Assembly (NCBI GenBank): GCA_016839555.1
Contig: JAEOUA010000008.1
Location: forward strand, 96,001-160,000
Source: Promethearchaeota archaeon
GTDB taxonomy: Archaea; Asgardarchaeota; Lokiarchaeia; Sigyniarchaeales; SOKP01
Direction: 5' to 3'
Length of the DNA: 64,000 bases
In this document: positions 1-11,036 of the stretch, one piece after another
How the letters are laid out: each line of letters opens with the position of its first letter
Position numbering within the stretch: position 1 is the stretch's first letter
Made by a program: the position numbers and the translations under genes
Notes under the pieces: model-generated
Told to the model about the DNA's origin: nothing
The model's input: the letters and a program-made list of their open reading frames with translations, nothing else
Database searches by the model: none

Positions 1-2
1 TA

Positions 3-350
3 AAAGAAATGATAAAAAATACCTATAAATACTATTATAGGGCAGCCAATTTAAAAAAGATAGGAACATCTCATATATTAGAATCCTATGCTATTGCCTC
101 TCTCTCTTTAATTCTTATTGGAAAATTAGAAAAAGCTCGTGAAGTCATTGATGAGATAGATTTAAAAGAGCGAAAAATAGCCACTATTAAAGAAATGATT
201 AATATAATAATCGAAAGGGTTTTAGATGCTAAACCTGTTGATAAAGATTGCTTTCCGGATCATATTATAAAATTAATTGAAGACTCAGTGGATATTTCAT
301 ATTTAATTAGCCTTTTTGGAAAAATACATCCTTTCAAATCAAAGAAATAG
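3..350 (+). CDS. 3' part of a helical/TPR-like hypothetical protein (frame open at window edge)
   Basis: ORF 9..350 has no upstream stop within the window; amphipathic helical pattern (ASLSLILIGKLEKAREVI). Confidence 0.55.
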   Translation, partial: KEMIKNTYKYYYRAANLKKIGTSHILESYAIASLSLILIGKLEKAREVIDEIDLKERKIATIKEMINIIIERVLDAKPVDKDCFPDHIIKLIEDSVDISYLISLFGKIHPFKSKK

Positions 351-415
351 ACAAACAGCAATAAATTCAAATTCTGCAATTTAATAATAGAGTTATTATT
401 TCTTTTTATAGTAAA

Positions 416-1069
416 ATGGTTAAAAATTTATTAATTGTTTTTGACTTAGACTTTACCCTTATTAATAACAAGCAAGGAATTATAAATTCTTTTCATTATG
501 CCTTTTCCAAATATCAGATTCCTTTAATTAAAGAAGAATTATTGGAAAAGACTATTGGGACCCCTTTGGAGGATGTTTTTAAATCTAATACTCATATAAA
601 TCCTTCCGAATTAGTAAAAGCTTTCCGTGAATATTATGGAAAAAAAGGACTTTATCAGGTAAAATTATATGATGGAGTAATTGAAAAACTTAAGTCTTTT
701 AAGAAAGCTCAAATAAAAATGGGAGTCGTGACCTCAAAGAAAAGGGAAATGGCCATCAAATTGCTAAGATATTTAAATATTTTCCATTATTTTGATTTTG
801 TTATTGGAGAAACAGACACTATAAAAAAGAAAACAGATATCCGAGTTAAGCAATTTTTTTATAATAATTTTCCTCATTATCACTATATAATTGTAGGGGA
901 TCACTTAACGGACAGATCCCTCGCAGAAATGCTTAATTGTCCATTTATAGGACTATTGACGGGATATTTTAAGGAACAAGAATTAAAAACAAACGCACTG
1001 GTTGATGTTGTAATTTTAAACAATATTTCTGAATTAAATCTAAAAACGATTCGTAGTATAATACATTAA
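416..1069 (+). CDS. HAD-superfamily hydrolase (phosphoglycolate phosphatase-like)
   Basis: Motif I FDLDFTL, motif II VVTSK, motif IV VGDHLTD. Confidence 0.9.
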   Translation: MVKNLLIVFDLDFTLINNKQGIINSFHYAFSKYQIPLIKEELLEKTIGTPLEDVFKSNTHINPSELVKAFREYYGKKGLYQVKLYDGVIEKLKSFKKAQIKMGVVTSKKREMAIKLLRYLNIFHYFDFVIGETDTIKKKTDIRVKQFFYNNFPHYHYIIVGDHLTDRSLAEMLNCPFIGLLTGYFKEQELKTNALVDVVILNNISELNLKTIRSIIH

Positions 1070-1141
1070 TACGAATCGGGCAATAATACTACTAATTCTT
1101 GATTAAAAAAATTTGAAAAGAAAAAAAAGAAAAAAATCTGA

Positions 1142-2596
1142 TTAACGATCTGCGTATTCTTTCATATACTCTTCAGGAGTCCACATTTTATTCATATAGT
1201 CGCCAATTCCGGAACTATCTCTTGGTCCAACAAGTACAACACAATCAGCTTCATCCTCTAATGTTCCACTCAACCTTGCTGCCATTCCAGGTATGATTAA
1301 AATACGATGGTTTACTTTATCAAAAATGTTAAATTTTTTGACGGTTTCCGCTATGGATTCAGCATTAAATTGGCCTCCGGCCACGGAAGACTCAATTCCG
1401 ATGCCCTCACTATCCGAGACTAATAAATATGCATCCAAATTCGCCGCTTTAATATCAAGTTCAACAGGTATCTTTGTTAGCCGGTAATTACTCGTAACAA
1501 ATATCGGTGAATTCTCATTTGGTTCTCCCACCTCATATATTCCCTCTTCAACAGAAGGATATATTCTCGGATCAGAGTAAATAGATTGTCGAAGTGTCAT
1601 TAAAGCTAGTAAGGCCCAAATATCCTCCTTCTTTTGACCAGTGTTGAGTACGAGGAGAGATGCTGCCTCTGAAACCATTATAGCACCCATAATTACTTCT
1701 TGATATTTTGCCTTCCAGAGATCTTCCTCCTTAACATCAACTATTTGAGTCCAATAAGCTGCTGGGACTCCCATAATGGGCCATCCTGCATTCTTATTTT
1801 CATTATTAATTCCCGCTATTCGTAATTGGGCTATATTATCATATGTGACTGAGATTCCCCCCTGACCAAAGAAGGTTCCCGGGTCTAAAATAATTTCATT
1901 ACTCCCTAATTTCTGCAATGTCGCGCTAAGAGACATCAATTCGTCTAAATCACTTGTAGGAGTGGATAGCACTATGGGTAAATTATTTTGAACTGCAAAT
2001 GTCCCTAATTGTTCCCACGTATCCTTTGTGGCAGCATATAAGGCTGGCTTTTTATCTTTAATTTCTGTAGCAGCTCCTATTAAAAATTCCGGCTCCATAC
2101 AACATAACATAATCGGTAAGTCCGTATTTTCCGCAGCTTTTTTTGCAGCATTCTTAAACACTTCTCCATCTTTAGACACACAGCGTAATGCAATACCTTG
2201 AATTTTTAATATGTCCCCTATTCTTTCGATTGTCAAATCATCCAAATATTTAATTGCTTCCACTAAATCCTCTTGATTATCGGCTAATTGCAGGAAAAAA
2301 GCGGTTTGATTATAATATGTCAGCTGGTGGCGCATAAGAACTTCTTCACCACCAATAATTACCTCTTTTTCTCCCACACCAATCCTCACGGGTCTCTGAG
2401 GAGGCATGAGCATCTCTTTCAACTTATTGTACTTTTTCTTTTGTTTAGGGTCCTGCATTAAGTGTGTGCAATCTTCTAATCTGAGTTTTCGCTCTAGTAA
2501 GTCTGCAGCGTAAGCCATACAAGTTTCTACTCCACATTCTCCGCAATTAGACTTATCCAGCAAAGCGTATACGTCTAAAGGGCTTGGTCTTGGCAT
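1142..2596 (-). CDS. cdhE: Acetyl-CoA decarbonylase/synthase complex gamma subunit (corrinoid Fe-S protein large subunit)
   Basis: N-terminal NCGECGxxTCMAYA...C Fe-S motif, GGEEVLMRH, ILDPG, IYSDPR, IIPGMAARLSG, VGPRDSSGI. Confidence 0.93.
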   Translation of the reverse strand: MPRPSPLDVYALLDKSNCGECGVETCMAYAADLLERKLRLEDCTHLMQDPKQKKKYNKLKEMLMPPQRPVRIGVGEKEVIIGGEEVLMRHQLTYYNQTAFFLQLADNQEDLVEAIKYLDDLTIERIGDILKIQGIALRCVSKDGEVFKNAAKKAAENTDLPIMLCCMEPEFLIGAATEIKDKKPALYAATKDTWEQLGTFAVQNNLPIVLSTPTSDLDELMSLSATLQKLGSNEIILDPGTFFGQGGISVTYDNIAQLRIAGINNENKNAGWPIMGVPAAYWTQIVDVKEEDLWKAKYQEVIMGAIMVSEAASLLVLNTGQKKEDIWALLALMTLRQSIYSDPRIYPSVEEGIYEVGEPNENSPIFVTSNYRLTKIPVELDIKAANLDAYLLVSDSEGIGIESSVAGGQFNAESIAETVKKFNIFDKVNHRILIIPGMAARLSGTLEDEADCVVLVGPRDSSGIGDYMNKMWTPEEYMKEYADR

Positions 2597-3208
2597 GGTT
2601 ATTAATTCCTATGTTTATTAATTTTAATTATTATAGTTTTATGATTAAATATCAAATTTACTAATATGATTAGGAATATTAAATATTAATTAATAAATTT
2701 GCTTTTTTTTACATTGATTTGAATTTTTTTGATCTTTTGGTCGATGATTTCTCCCTCTTTTAACAGAAATCAATTTTGCTCATACTTTTTTTTATGAAAA
2801 TGATCAGTTTTTTTATTTTTTGTAGTGTTTTGTAAATTAAAGTATATAAAGAAATTTATGTGAAAAATAGGAAAGATAACCTATTAATGTGAAAAAGAAA
2901 CCTCTAAAGCTTATATTGTGTATCTTGTAATGGTGAAATCTCACTATATAAACATTCTCTAAGAAAGGAAATAGAAAGCATCATAAATAGATAAAAAATC
3001 TTTATTTAGTGAAGCTAGAATGATTTTGATTACTTAAAATTTCTAATGTTTTTATTGCTTTTTCTACAATTGAATAATAATTGAAAGCTTCTTTTTTATA
3101 TGTTTAAACAAAGAATAAACAAAGATTAAAAATTTATATAATTAAGATTGATATAATTTTATAGAATTAATTTATTTTTAATTAGAAAATTTTCATTAAA
3201 GAAATAAA

Positions 3209-3409
3209 ATGTCTCAGTCAGAAGTAAAGAACGGTACCGATTTAATTCGGAGATCACCCCATAAACGAAGGAAGTATTGGGCATGGGCAATGGGAGGCCC
3301 AGTTGGATTAATACTAGTAGGGATGTGGGGAAGACTTCAATATTTTAGTGCTCACATTTTATTAATCCCCCAGACTACTATTTTTATAATATATCTTATA
3401 TATTCATAA
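3209..3409 (+). pseudogene. N-terminal fragment of a membrane protein (MFS/GPH-transporter-like start), truncated
   Basis: 66 aa with one to two hydrophobic helices; stops exactly where the esterase-like frame becomes recognisable. Confidence 0.45.
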
Positions 3410-4328
3410 TTGGACAATTACATCCGAATTTGAGAGTGAAAGTGTTTTACCATTAGATCGCATTCCAAAAAAGCTATTAAACAAAGTTGATTTAGATAAA
3501 ATCATTACCTATGAAAAATTAGATGAGTTAATTACAAGTGGAGAATTAAAACCTTTTATATTAACTCAACCCGATGCAAGTCTCCATATTCCTAATATAA
3601 ACCGCACAAATAATTTACGCGGTGTGCCTGCAACAAAAGGGAGCTATTATATTAATTCTCCCTTCTCTGGAAATTACTTGGATTATATTGCTAAAGATGT
3701 TTTAGAATACATGGATTTACATTTTAGAACTATTTCTGATAATCACCATAGAGCTTTGATAGGAGGTTCAATGGGCGGAGCGGGAACCCTGAGAATATGC
3801 CTTGCTTTTCCTGAGAAATTCATAGCTGCGGCTGCTTTAAGCCCGGGAAATTTAGTTCCTGAATTATTAGATTGGAAACTAATGGTTCCTCTCATTAAAG
3901 AACTTTTTGGAGAGAAAATAAGCAAAAGAATGGGAGCGAAAACATGGACGGACATTTTAGACACATGTGATCTTATCTTCTCAAAAGATAATCCTTTACT
4001 CCCATCAATTAAACGAGATAAAAATGGAAAAATTATAAATTTGAACGAGAAAGCGTTAAATAACTGGCTGAAATATGATATAAACAATTTAATTAAAGAA
4101 CACCCAGATGCACTGAAAAAAATTAATTTATTGATTAATTGTGCATATAACGACGAGATGGGCTCAGCAATTGCAGCAAAAGGAATCAATGAAACATTAA
4201 ATGAATTTGAAATTCCTCATCAATTTGAGCTTTATGATGATCCTAAAGCAACATTAAGTCCACACATATTAGGAATTGCTTATCATATTATTCCTGCAAT
4301 ATGCTTTTGCCTCTCTTTTATAAGTTGA
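3408..4328 (+). pseudogene. Alpha/beta-hydrolase esterase lacking its 5' end
   Basis: GGSMGG nucleophile elbow; frame is open and coding-like upstream of the ORF-track start (NWTITS...ELITSGELKPFILTQPDAS) back to a TAA at 3387, with no ATG/GTG/TTG before 3624. Confidence 0.65.
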
Positions 4329-4428
4329 GTTGATATTTTAAGAAAAATTTATACATTCATCTAAATTAAAAAACCTAATATAATAATCAATGCATTTATC
4401 TTAAAAGTAAAATTAATGAGTAATCATT

Positions 4429-5700
4429 ATGAAATTAACTGAAAAATATAGAAAATTGCTATTTGGTTTATATCCTCCTAAATCTTTCGCAAATGGTAAG
4501 TTCAACAAAATTAGTGCTTTTTCAAATATGGGAGTTGTTGAAACGAGCAAAGGTTTAGTTTTATTCGATATATCCTCAAGGTTAAATGGTCCACGAATAT
4601 TTAATTCTCTTAGGGAAATTACAGACAAACCTATTAAATTTATCATATTTTCTCATGGTCATTTTGATCATTGTTTCGGTTACGCGCCTATAATTGATGA
4701 AATTAAGGAGAATGGCTGGGAAATGCCTCAAGTAATTGCTCATGAAAATTGCATGAATCGATTTGAAAAATATAAAATGCTAGATAAATACCTTCATTGG
4801 TTGCATGATCAACAATTCGGTTCTGTCTTAGGAAAGGATAAACAATATAATTCTGCTCACGAGATTCTTAATCCAACAATATTAGTTCGCGGAAATGAAA
4901 ATTACACGTTTAAATTAGGGGAATATACCTTTGAATTATATCATGACAAGGGTGAAACAGATGATCACATATGGATGTTCGTACCTGAAGAAAGGGTTCT
5001 TTTCACAGGAGATTTCATAATATCCTGTTTTCCTAATGTGGGCAACCCATATAAAGTTCAGAGATACCCTAAAGACTGGGCTCGTGCATTAGAAAAAATG
5101 AGAGAAAAGGAGCCTGAGTATCTAATTCCAGGACAAGGACCTCTCATTGAAGGAAAAGAAAAAATCAAAGAGATACTTACAATCACAGCTGAAGTATTAC
5201 ATTTCGTTCATGATGAAGTTGTGAAAAGATTGAATGAAGGAAAGTGGTTTGAACAAATATATCACGAGATGCTAGAAATATTTCCTGAAAAGTTTAATCA
5301 CGAAATCTTAGCACAAGTATATGGATGCTATAGGTTTGCAATACACGCGGTTTATAGACTATATCATGGGTGGTACAATACTGGTAATCCCACAGACCTT
5401 TTTCCCGCGAAAAATAGTGAAATAGCAAACGAATTCTTAAAAATTTGCGATGAAAAAGAGTATTTTATACGAGCTAAAAACCTTTTTGAAGAAGGAAAAC
5501 TGCAGCTTGCCCTTCATATTCTTGATGTAATTATTAATGCTACTAATAGACTCAATATAGAAATTCTTCGAAAAGCTTATGAACTAAAAATCAAAATTTT
5601 GCAACAAAAAGAAGAAAAAGAATCATCATTTATTGCTTCAAATATATTTCTTAATGAAGTTAACAGACTTAAATTGAAGGTATCAAATCTTAGCAAATAA
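4429..5700 (+). CDS. MBL-fold metallo-hydrolase, alkyl-sulfatase-like with dimerisation domain
   Basis: SHGHFDH motif, GETDDH, FPNVGNPYKVQRY, YHGWY..GNPTDLFP. Confidence 0.9.
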   Translation: MKLTEKYRKLLFGLYPPKSFANGKFNKISAFSNMGVVETSKGLVLFDISSRLNGPRIFNSLREITDKPIKFIIFSHGHFDHCFGYAPIIDEIKENGWEMPQVIAHENCMNRFEKYKMLDKYLHWLHDQQFGSVLGKDKQYNSAHEILNPTILVRGNENYTFKLGEYTFELYHDKGETDDHIWMFVPEERVLFTGDFIISCFPNVGNPYKVQRYPKDWARALEKMREKEPEYLIPGQGPLIEGKEKIKEILTITAEVLHFVHDEVVKRLNEGKWFEQIYHEMLEIFPEKFNHEILAQVYGCYRFAIHAVYRLYHGWYNTGNPTDLFPAKNSEIANEFLKICDEKEYFIRAKNLFEEGKLQLALHILDVIINATNRLNIEILRKAYELKIKILQQKEEKESSFIASNIFLNEVNRLKLKVSNLSK

Positions 5701-5714
5701 TTCTTTTTTTTTTT
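5701..5714 (+). terminator. Oligo-T archaeal terminator candidate
   Basis: TTCTTTTTTTTTTT directly after the stop codon of 4429..5700. Confidence 0.5.
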
Positions 5715-5917
5715 GAGATATTAAACTTTAATTTTGTTTACCTTCGATTTAATATTTGAATAATAGAAATATTTTCTAATTTCGAAGGTAAAAGTTAGAT
5801 ATTTTCAAAATTAAAAAATAAAGATAAAAAAACATTAACCATTCCAAATACAAAATGAAATTTTTTTTAACGACTAATTGTTCTAGAGAATTATAAAATT
5901 TGATAAATTTTTAATTT

Positions 5918-6949
5918 ATGAAACGCAGATATTCTATAGGAAAATTAAAACATCGGGAATTAGAATCACTTATAAAAGACTATATTTCTGATCTTGAACT
6001 TAGAGATGATCAAATTATTTCAGGATCCAAAGTGGGAGAGGATGCTGCAGTAATTAATACTGAAGAAGATTATTATTTAGTAGTGAAAACAGACCCAATA
6101 ACATTCGCAACTGATGAAATTGGCTATTATGTGGTAAATGTGAATGTAAATGATGTTGTATGTACAGGAGCAACCCCTAAATGGTTTCAATCTACAATTC
6201 TTTTACCCGAAAAAAATACCACTGAGAAATTAATCAAATCCATTTTTAAGGGAATCCATGATACTTGTGAATCTATGGGAATTTCTGTAGTTGGGGGACA
6301 TACGGAAATTACAAGCGGAATTGGACGTCCTATCGTAATAGGTTCTTTAATAGGTAAGGTTAAGAAAAATAAATTAGTCTTAAATTCTGGAGTAGAATCT
6401 GGAGACTCATTAATTCTAACAAAAGGTGTTTTTATAGAAGGAACTTCTATTATTGCTAGAGAGAAAAAAGATTTATTAAACAAAAAAGGATTTGACTCTC
6501 GATTTATTACAAAATGTAAGAATTTCTTGTATAATCCTGGCATTAGTGTATATAAAGAAGCTCTTTTAGCAAATAATAATTTTAAAATTAAAGGGATGCA
6601 TGACCCAACAGAAGGTGGATTAACGTGCGGGATCGCAGAGATGGGAATTGCTTCTAACTCAGGAGTAATAATAGAAAGAAACAAAATCAATATTTTACCT
6701 GAACCTAAGAAATTGAGTGAATTTTTCAATCTAAATCCTCTTGGTACTATTTCTTCTGGTTCCTTATTAATTGCGATTGATAAAAAAGATACAAATGATT
6801 TAATCCACTTATTAAAAGAAAATAAAATTAAGGCAATGAAAATAGGGGAATTCACCGAGAAAGAAAAAGGTTTTCTAATAAAGAATAAGAATGGCAAAAT
6901 AAATCCATTAAAATATTCAGAAATAGATGAAATAACTAAATTATTTTAA
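5918..6949 (+). CDS. AIR-synthase/PurM-like family protein (HypE-like)
   Basis: GEDAA, KTDPIT, NVNDV, VGGHTE, MHDPTEGG motifs. Confidence 0.9.
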   Translation: MKRRYSIGKLKHRELESLIKDYISDLELRDDQIISGSKVGEDAAVINTEEDYYLVVKTDPITFATDEIGYYVVNVNVNDVVCTGATPKWFQSTILLPEKNTTEKLIKSIFKGIHDTCESMGISVVGGHTEITSGIGRPIVIGSLIGKVKKNKLVLNSGVESGDSLILTKGVFIEGTSIIAREKKDLLNKKGFDSRFITKCKNFLYNPGISVYKEALLANNNFKIKGMHDPTEGGLTCGIAEMGIASNSGVIIERNKINILPEPKKLSEFFNLNPLGTISSGSLLIAIDKKDTNDLIHLLKENKIKAMKIGEFTEKEKGFLIKNKNGKINPLKYSEIDEITKLF

Positions 6950-7488
6950 TAAAACTCTTGATATAAACTCTTTCCGTTTATTTGGGATACTATTAAAGGC
7001 CCAAAATTAACTACATCTAAAAAATATACAGCTTCACATATTCCTAAATCACTCCATAAAATCTTCTCGATCTTCTTAATTTTTTTATTAATAATGGCTC
7101 CACAGCCTCCGGTATAACTTAAATAAACTACTCGATAATCTTCGGTATTTAAATTCCTCATACCTCCTTTTCCAATAATAAATCTGACTTTTAAAATATC
7201 AACTACTTCATTCTGTAATGAATCCATCCGCTGACTTGTAGTCGGACCCCCAGAAACGATTTGATATGAATTTCCTTTTTCTTGAATAATTGGTCCACAA
7301 TGATATATTGCTGAATTTTTTAAAGTTTCAAAAATAGAGGGCAGAGATTTGTTTCTGTATTGCTCAATAATTCTTTTATGAGCTTGGTCTCGAGCGGTGA
7401 TTAGTTTACCGTTTAAAAAAACAATATCGCCTAATTCTAATTCTTTTAATTTATCTGGGCTAACCGGTAATTCAATATTATGATTCAT
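6946..7488 (-). CDS. Class I fumarate hydratase/tartrate dehydratase beta subunit
   Basis: TARDQAH, YHCGP, GPTTSQRM, IGKGG. Confidence 0.92.
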   Translation of the reverse strand: MNHNIELPVSPDKLKELELGDIVFLNGKLITARDQAHKRIIEQYRNKSLPSIFETLKNSAIYHCGPIIQEKGNSYQIVSGGPTTSQRMDSLQNEVVDILKVRFIIGKGGMRNLNTEDYRVVYLSYTGGCGAIINKKIKKIEKILWSDLGICEAVYFLDVVNFGPLIVSQINGKSLYQEFY

Positions 7489-8374
7489 TTATAATTTCAC
7501 CTCTATTATTCATTGTAAAGGAGGCCCATCGATGAGAATAGCATTGAACGATCAAACCTACTGGAAATGAAGCAGGATGACGCATTGCAACTTCAATATG
7601 AACATCAATGCATGTTAATTTACCACCCAATCCCATGGGTCCAATCTGTAATCTATTAATTTTTTCTAATAGCTCTCTTTCTAATTGAGCGATATCCTTT
7701 CTAGGATGTCTCACATTAATAGGACGTAATAAAGCTTCTTTAGCTAACTTCATTGATAATACAGCATCTCCTCCAATTCCAATCCCTAAAATAATCGGAG
7801 GGCAAGGCATACCTCCTGCTTTTTTAAGAAGATTAATTATTTTTTCTTGAAATATCTGCAATCCATTTAAGGGTTTAAGTTGGAACAGTTGAGATACATT
7901 TTCTGCGCCTCCTCCCTTCGGAAATACAGTTATTTTTAAGGTATCTTTATTATCAAGAATCTTTAAATATATTGGAGGAACATTAATCCCTAGATTTGTT
8001 TCCGGGTTTTCATTGCTAATTGGATCCACAGAATTTCCACGTAAGGGAATAAGCTCGGTTGCGATTTTCACTGCCTTTTCGATAATTTTTCGATAATTTG
8101 AAATTAAAGGAAAATTACTGCCTAATTCTACAAAAAAGTTTAATATACCTGTGTCTTGACACACTGGTATCTTATTATCTCTGCCATAATTAAAATTTTC
8201 TATCATCAAATTTAATTGAGCTTTTGCAATCTCAGATTCTTCAGATTGGAGTGCATCTTTCAATATTTTGATAATTTTTGGACGAGGTTTAATTGAAGCT
8301 CTTCTTATAGCCTCAATTAACGCATTTTCGATATTTTCACTCAATATAGCTAAATTTTCTTGATGGTCAGCCAC
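7478..8374 (-). CDS. Class I fumarate hydratase/tartrate dehydratase alpha subunit
   Basis: PVCQDTG, PKGGGAEN, PCPP, GPMGLGG, RHPASFPV..VQC. Confidence 0.93.
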   Translation of the reverse strand: MADHQENLAILSENIENALIEAIRRASIKPRPKIIKILKDALQSEESEIAKAQLNLMIENFNYGRDNKIPVCQDTGILNFFVELGSNFPLISNYRKIIEKAVKIATELIPLRGNSVDPISNENPETNLGINVPPIYLKILDNKDTLKITVFPKGGGAENVSQLFQLKPLNGLQIFQEKIINLLKKAGGMPCPPIILGIGIGGDAVLSMKLAKEALLRPINVRHPRKDIAQLERELLEKINRLQIGPMGLGGKLTCIDVHIEVAMRHPASFPVGLIVQCYSHRWASFTMNNRGEIINES

Positions 8375-8493
8375 AATTTGTTCCCTAATATTTTTATTAC
8401 TTTAATTAAATTTAAAAATATAATATTATTATTCTTGATAAATTATTATTCTTGATAATATTGATAAGATAATTAATTTTAATCTGGTAAATA

Positions 8494-10428
8494 TTGAGCA
8501 TTAAAGGGTTAGAGGATACTTTAGATTTTTTGGAAAGAAAGATAATAGGGAAAAGGTTCAATTTAAAAACCAGTGATAAGTTATTTTTTGAAATCATTAA
8601 TAGAAAAAAACAGTTCTTTAATCAATTTCAAAATAAAATAAAAATAAAATGGCAAGAATTTGAAAATAAAAATAGAAAAAATTTCTTAAAAAAAACCTAT
8701 ACCGACTTTTTTAATGAAAGATTTAATGAATTTTTTATTGAATTTCTAGAACAATTTTTTTCTTTAGACTCCCCAAAATCATTAAAATTAATTTCTAAAG
8801 AGAAATTATCGTCAGAACTCTTATTAATTGAGTACAAGTATAATTTATCTACAAAAGAAGCACATTTATTTCAAGAATATCGCGAAAAATTGAAACTTAA
8901 AGAACAAGGATTATTTTTTCATATTACCTACTTATACCAAATTCTTAAATCCCTAAACATAATTTATAAACAAATTATTCAAAAACCTTTTGAAATAACT
9001 TTAGAGGGAGCTATTTTAGATCAAGATACAGACAATGAGTTTGTACATTTTTTAGTAATCATTAAGAGTAATAGATTAAAATTGCACGAATATTATTATC
9101 AAATGATCTTGTTTAATTATTTTAAACAACTCAAGGGAATTCCTGATAATATTTTAGAAAGATTCGAACAGGGAAGGGAAGATCTATTTCATTTTGCAGT
9201 CAAATATTACTCAAAACCTGAAATGAGAGAAAAATTAATTGATTTATTATATTTCTTTTATAAGAAATGTACCTTATTAAAATCAATTCGCCCCTTATTA
9301 GATTTTTTTAATTTTGTATGTTCACGTGTCGAAGATTCTGTATTTTCTAAGATAGAAATTATAAAAAAAGATTATTTGAGTAATTTCGACTATGACATAG
9401 AAACAAAAAACAACTTGATTAATATATTCAATTTTTTAGATAGATCATCTACATTAAGCAGTACTTTTCTTGCAAATAATTTACCTTCAAGAGAATCACA
9501 GTTAAATCTATTCTCTTTATATAGAAAGTATTATCTAGCAGCGGGATTAGAAACATTGGAAAGTGAAAATTTATTATTCATGCCAGATCTTTTTAGAAAA
9601 AAATTAAATAATTACAATTTAACCATTAAAAATAAAAATATTATTGATTCATATTCTATAAAGACTATTAATAGTTTTTTAGATTTTTTATTACCAATAA
9701 TAAATTCAGAGAATAAGGATATATTTTTTCAAATAATCTTTAATAAAACTGTTTCTGTTCTTAACTATGAATTTTTTAAGACATTTTTAAGGAGCTTGAA
9801 TAAAAAATTATTTAAATTAATAGGAGAAGATAAAAAAAACAAATTAAATTCTTCTAAGAAACATTTTTCTTTCGAATTTCTAGTAGCCCATATTTCTCAT
9901 ATGTTGTATGTGTTAATTGATAAATTATTCTTACACAAAAATTTAGAAAAAGCTTCAAAGAATTTTATTGACACGAAAGGAAGGTATATCGCGAAAAATA
10001 TCGCCCTAAGAATATTCGAATTGTTGATGTTTCAAGATATGAATTTTTCTGATGATTTATGGCCAAACTTTCTCCTTAGTATTAATAAAGAAAAGGTTCT
10101 TAAAATAATTAAAGAACAACAGATAAAAATTCAAGATAAATCTTTTTATAATGATAATGATTTAACGCGATTGCTCATTACTTATAATTTTCAATCTTCT
10201 TCACATGGAATACTGCTTGAAGAATGGCTCTTAAAAGATTTGATCATTCCGTGTAATAAATTTATAATAACCATTCGAAATTCTATCTCTAATATAAATA
10301 ATAGGAATGAGATTTTTGAAACACTTAATCAATATTTTTCAAAAGGAGTAGAAGATAAGACAGCTATTATGGAAATTAATAATATCTGCCTAAAATTAAC
10401 AAATTTTTGGATTGAAACCATTGTTTAG
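8494..10428 (+). CDS. Hypothetical protein (644 aa)
   Basis: Long uninterrupted ORF; no recognisable motif. Confidence 0.75.
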   Translation: MSIKGLEDTLDFLERKIIGKRFNLKTSDKLFFEIINRKKQFFNQFQNKIKIKWQEFENKNRKNFLKKTYTDFFNERFNEFFIEFLEQFFSLDSPKSLKLISKEKLSSELLLIEYKYNLSTKEAHLFQEYREKLKLKEQGLFFHITYLYQILKSLNIIYKQIIQKPFEITLEGAILDQDTDNEFVHFLVIIKSNRLKLHEYYYQMILFNYFKQLKGIPDNILERFEQGREDLFHFAVKYYSKPEMREKLIDLLYFFYKKCTLLKSIRPLLDFFNFVCSRVEDSVFSKIEIIKKDYLSNFDYDIETKNNLINIFNFLDRSSTLSSTFLANNLPSRESQLNLFSLYRKYYLAAGLETLESENLLFMPDLFRKKLNNYNLTIKNKNIIDSYSIKTINSFLDFLLPIINSENKDIFFQIIFNKTVSVLNYEFFKTFLRSLNKKLFKLIGEDKKNKLNSSKKHFSFEFLVAHISHMLYVLIDKLFLHKNLEKASKNFIDTKGRYIAKNIALRIFELLMFQDMNFSDDLWPNFLLSINKEKVLKIIKEQQIKIQDKSFYNDNDLTRLLITYNFQSSSHGILLEEWLLKDLIIPCNKFIITIRNSISNINNRNEIFETLNQYFSKGVEDKTAIMEINNICLKLTNFWIETIV

Positions 10429-10433
10429 AATTT

Positions 10434-10940
10434 TTATTTGATATTGAAGATCTTTAAAAAGTGGTCGAAATCCTCTTTTATATTTATTATAGGTGTTTTT
10501 AAATTAATCCTCTCCATTTCATCTTGGCTTAAAACTATTTGGGATAAAACCATTTTCACATTGCTATTTAATTGTTCTTCAATTTCTTCTATATTTCTAA
10601 CACATAAAACTGTTGGAGCTTTTAGGCTTCTAAATCCTTCTGTAAATACAATGTCAATTTTAAATGGTCCTAATTCCATCCATTCTATGAGATTTTTTAT
10701 TGAAATGTTTTTTTTAATGAAAATTGTACTTTCATCATAAATATTTTTAGCAACCGTATAATTTGATCCAGCTTCAGCAAAAAGAGATGTATCCTTTCCT
10801 TCTTCATCAATTTGATGTTTATGAATGTTTTTTATTACGGCAGATTCCATATTATATTTTTCTCTAAGCAATTTTATTGTTTTTGTTATAAAATAAGTTT
10901 TTGAACTTCCAGAATAGCCAATGAAATTTATTATCTTCAT
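10434..10940 (-). CDS. mobB: Molybdopterin-guanine dinucleotide biosynthesis protein B
   Basis: N-terminal P-loop GYSGSSKT, IK..HKH.ID.EGKDT, VFTEGF. Confidence 0.88.
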   Translation of the reverse strand: MKIINFIGYSGSSKTYFITKTIKLLREKYNMESAVIKNIHKHQIDEEGKDTSLFAEAGSNYTVAKNIYDESTIFIKKNISIKNLIEWMELGPFKIDIVFTEGFRSLKAPTVLCVRNIEEIEEQLNSNVKMVLSQIVLSQDEMERINLKTPIINIKEDFDHFLKIFNIK

Positions 10941-11036
10941 ATTATATCATTTTCTTTAATTTATCTTATGTATAAATAAACATTAAAATAATTAGTACAT
11001 TTTTATAAATCAAATTATAAATAACTTAATCTTTAT

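Noticed and set aside
5737-5792. SECIS element
   Set aside because: The upstream gene has no in-frame TGA and the stem lacks an AUGA/GA core.
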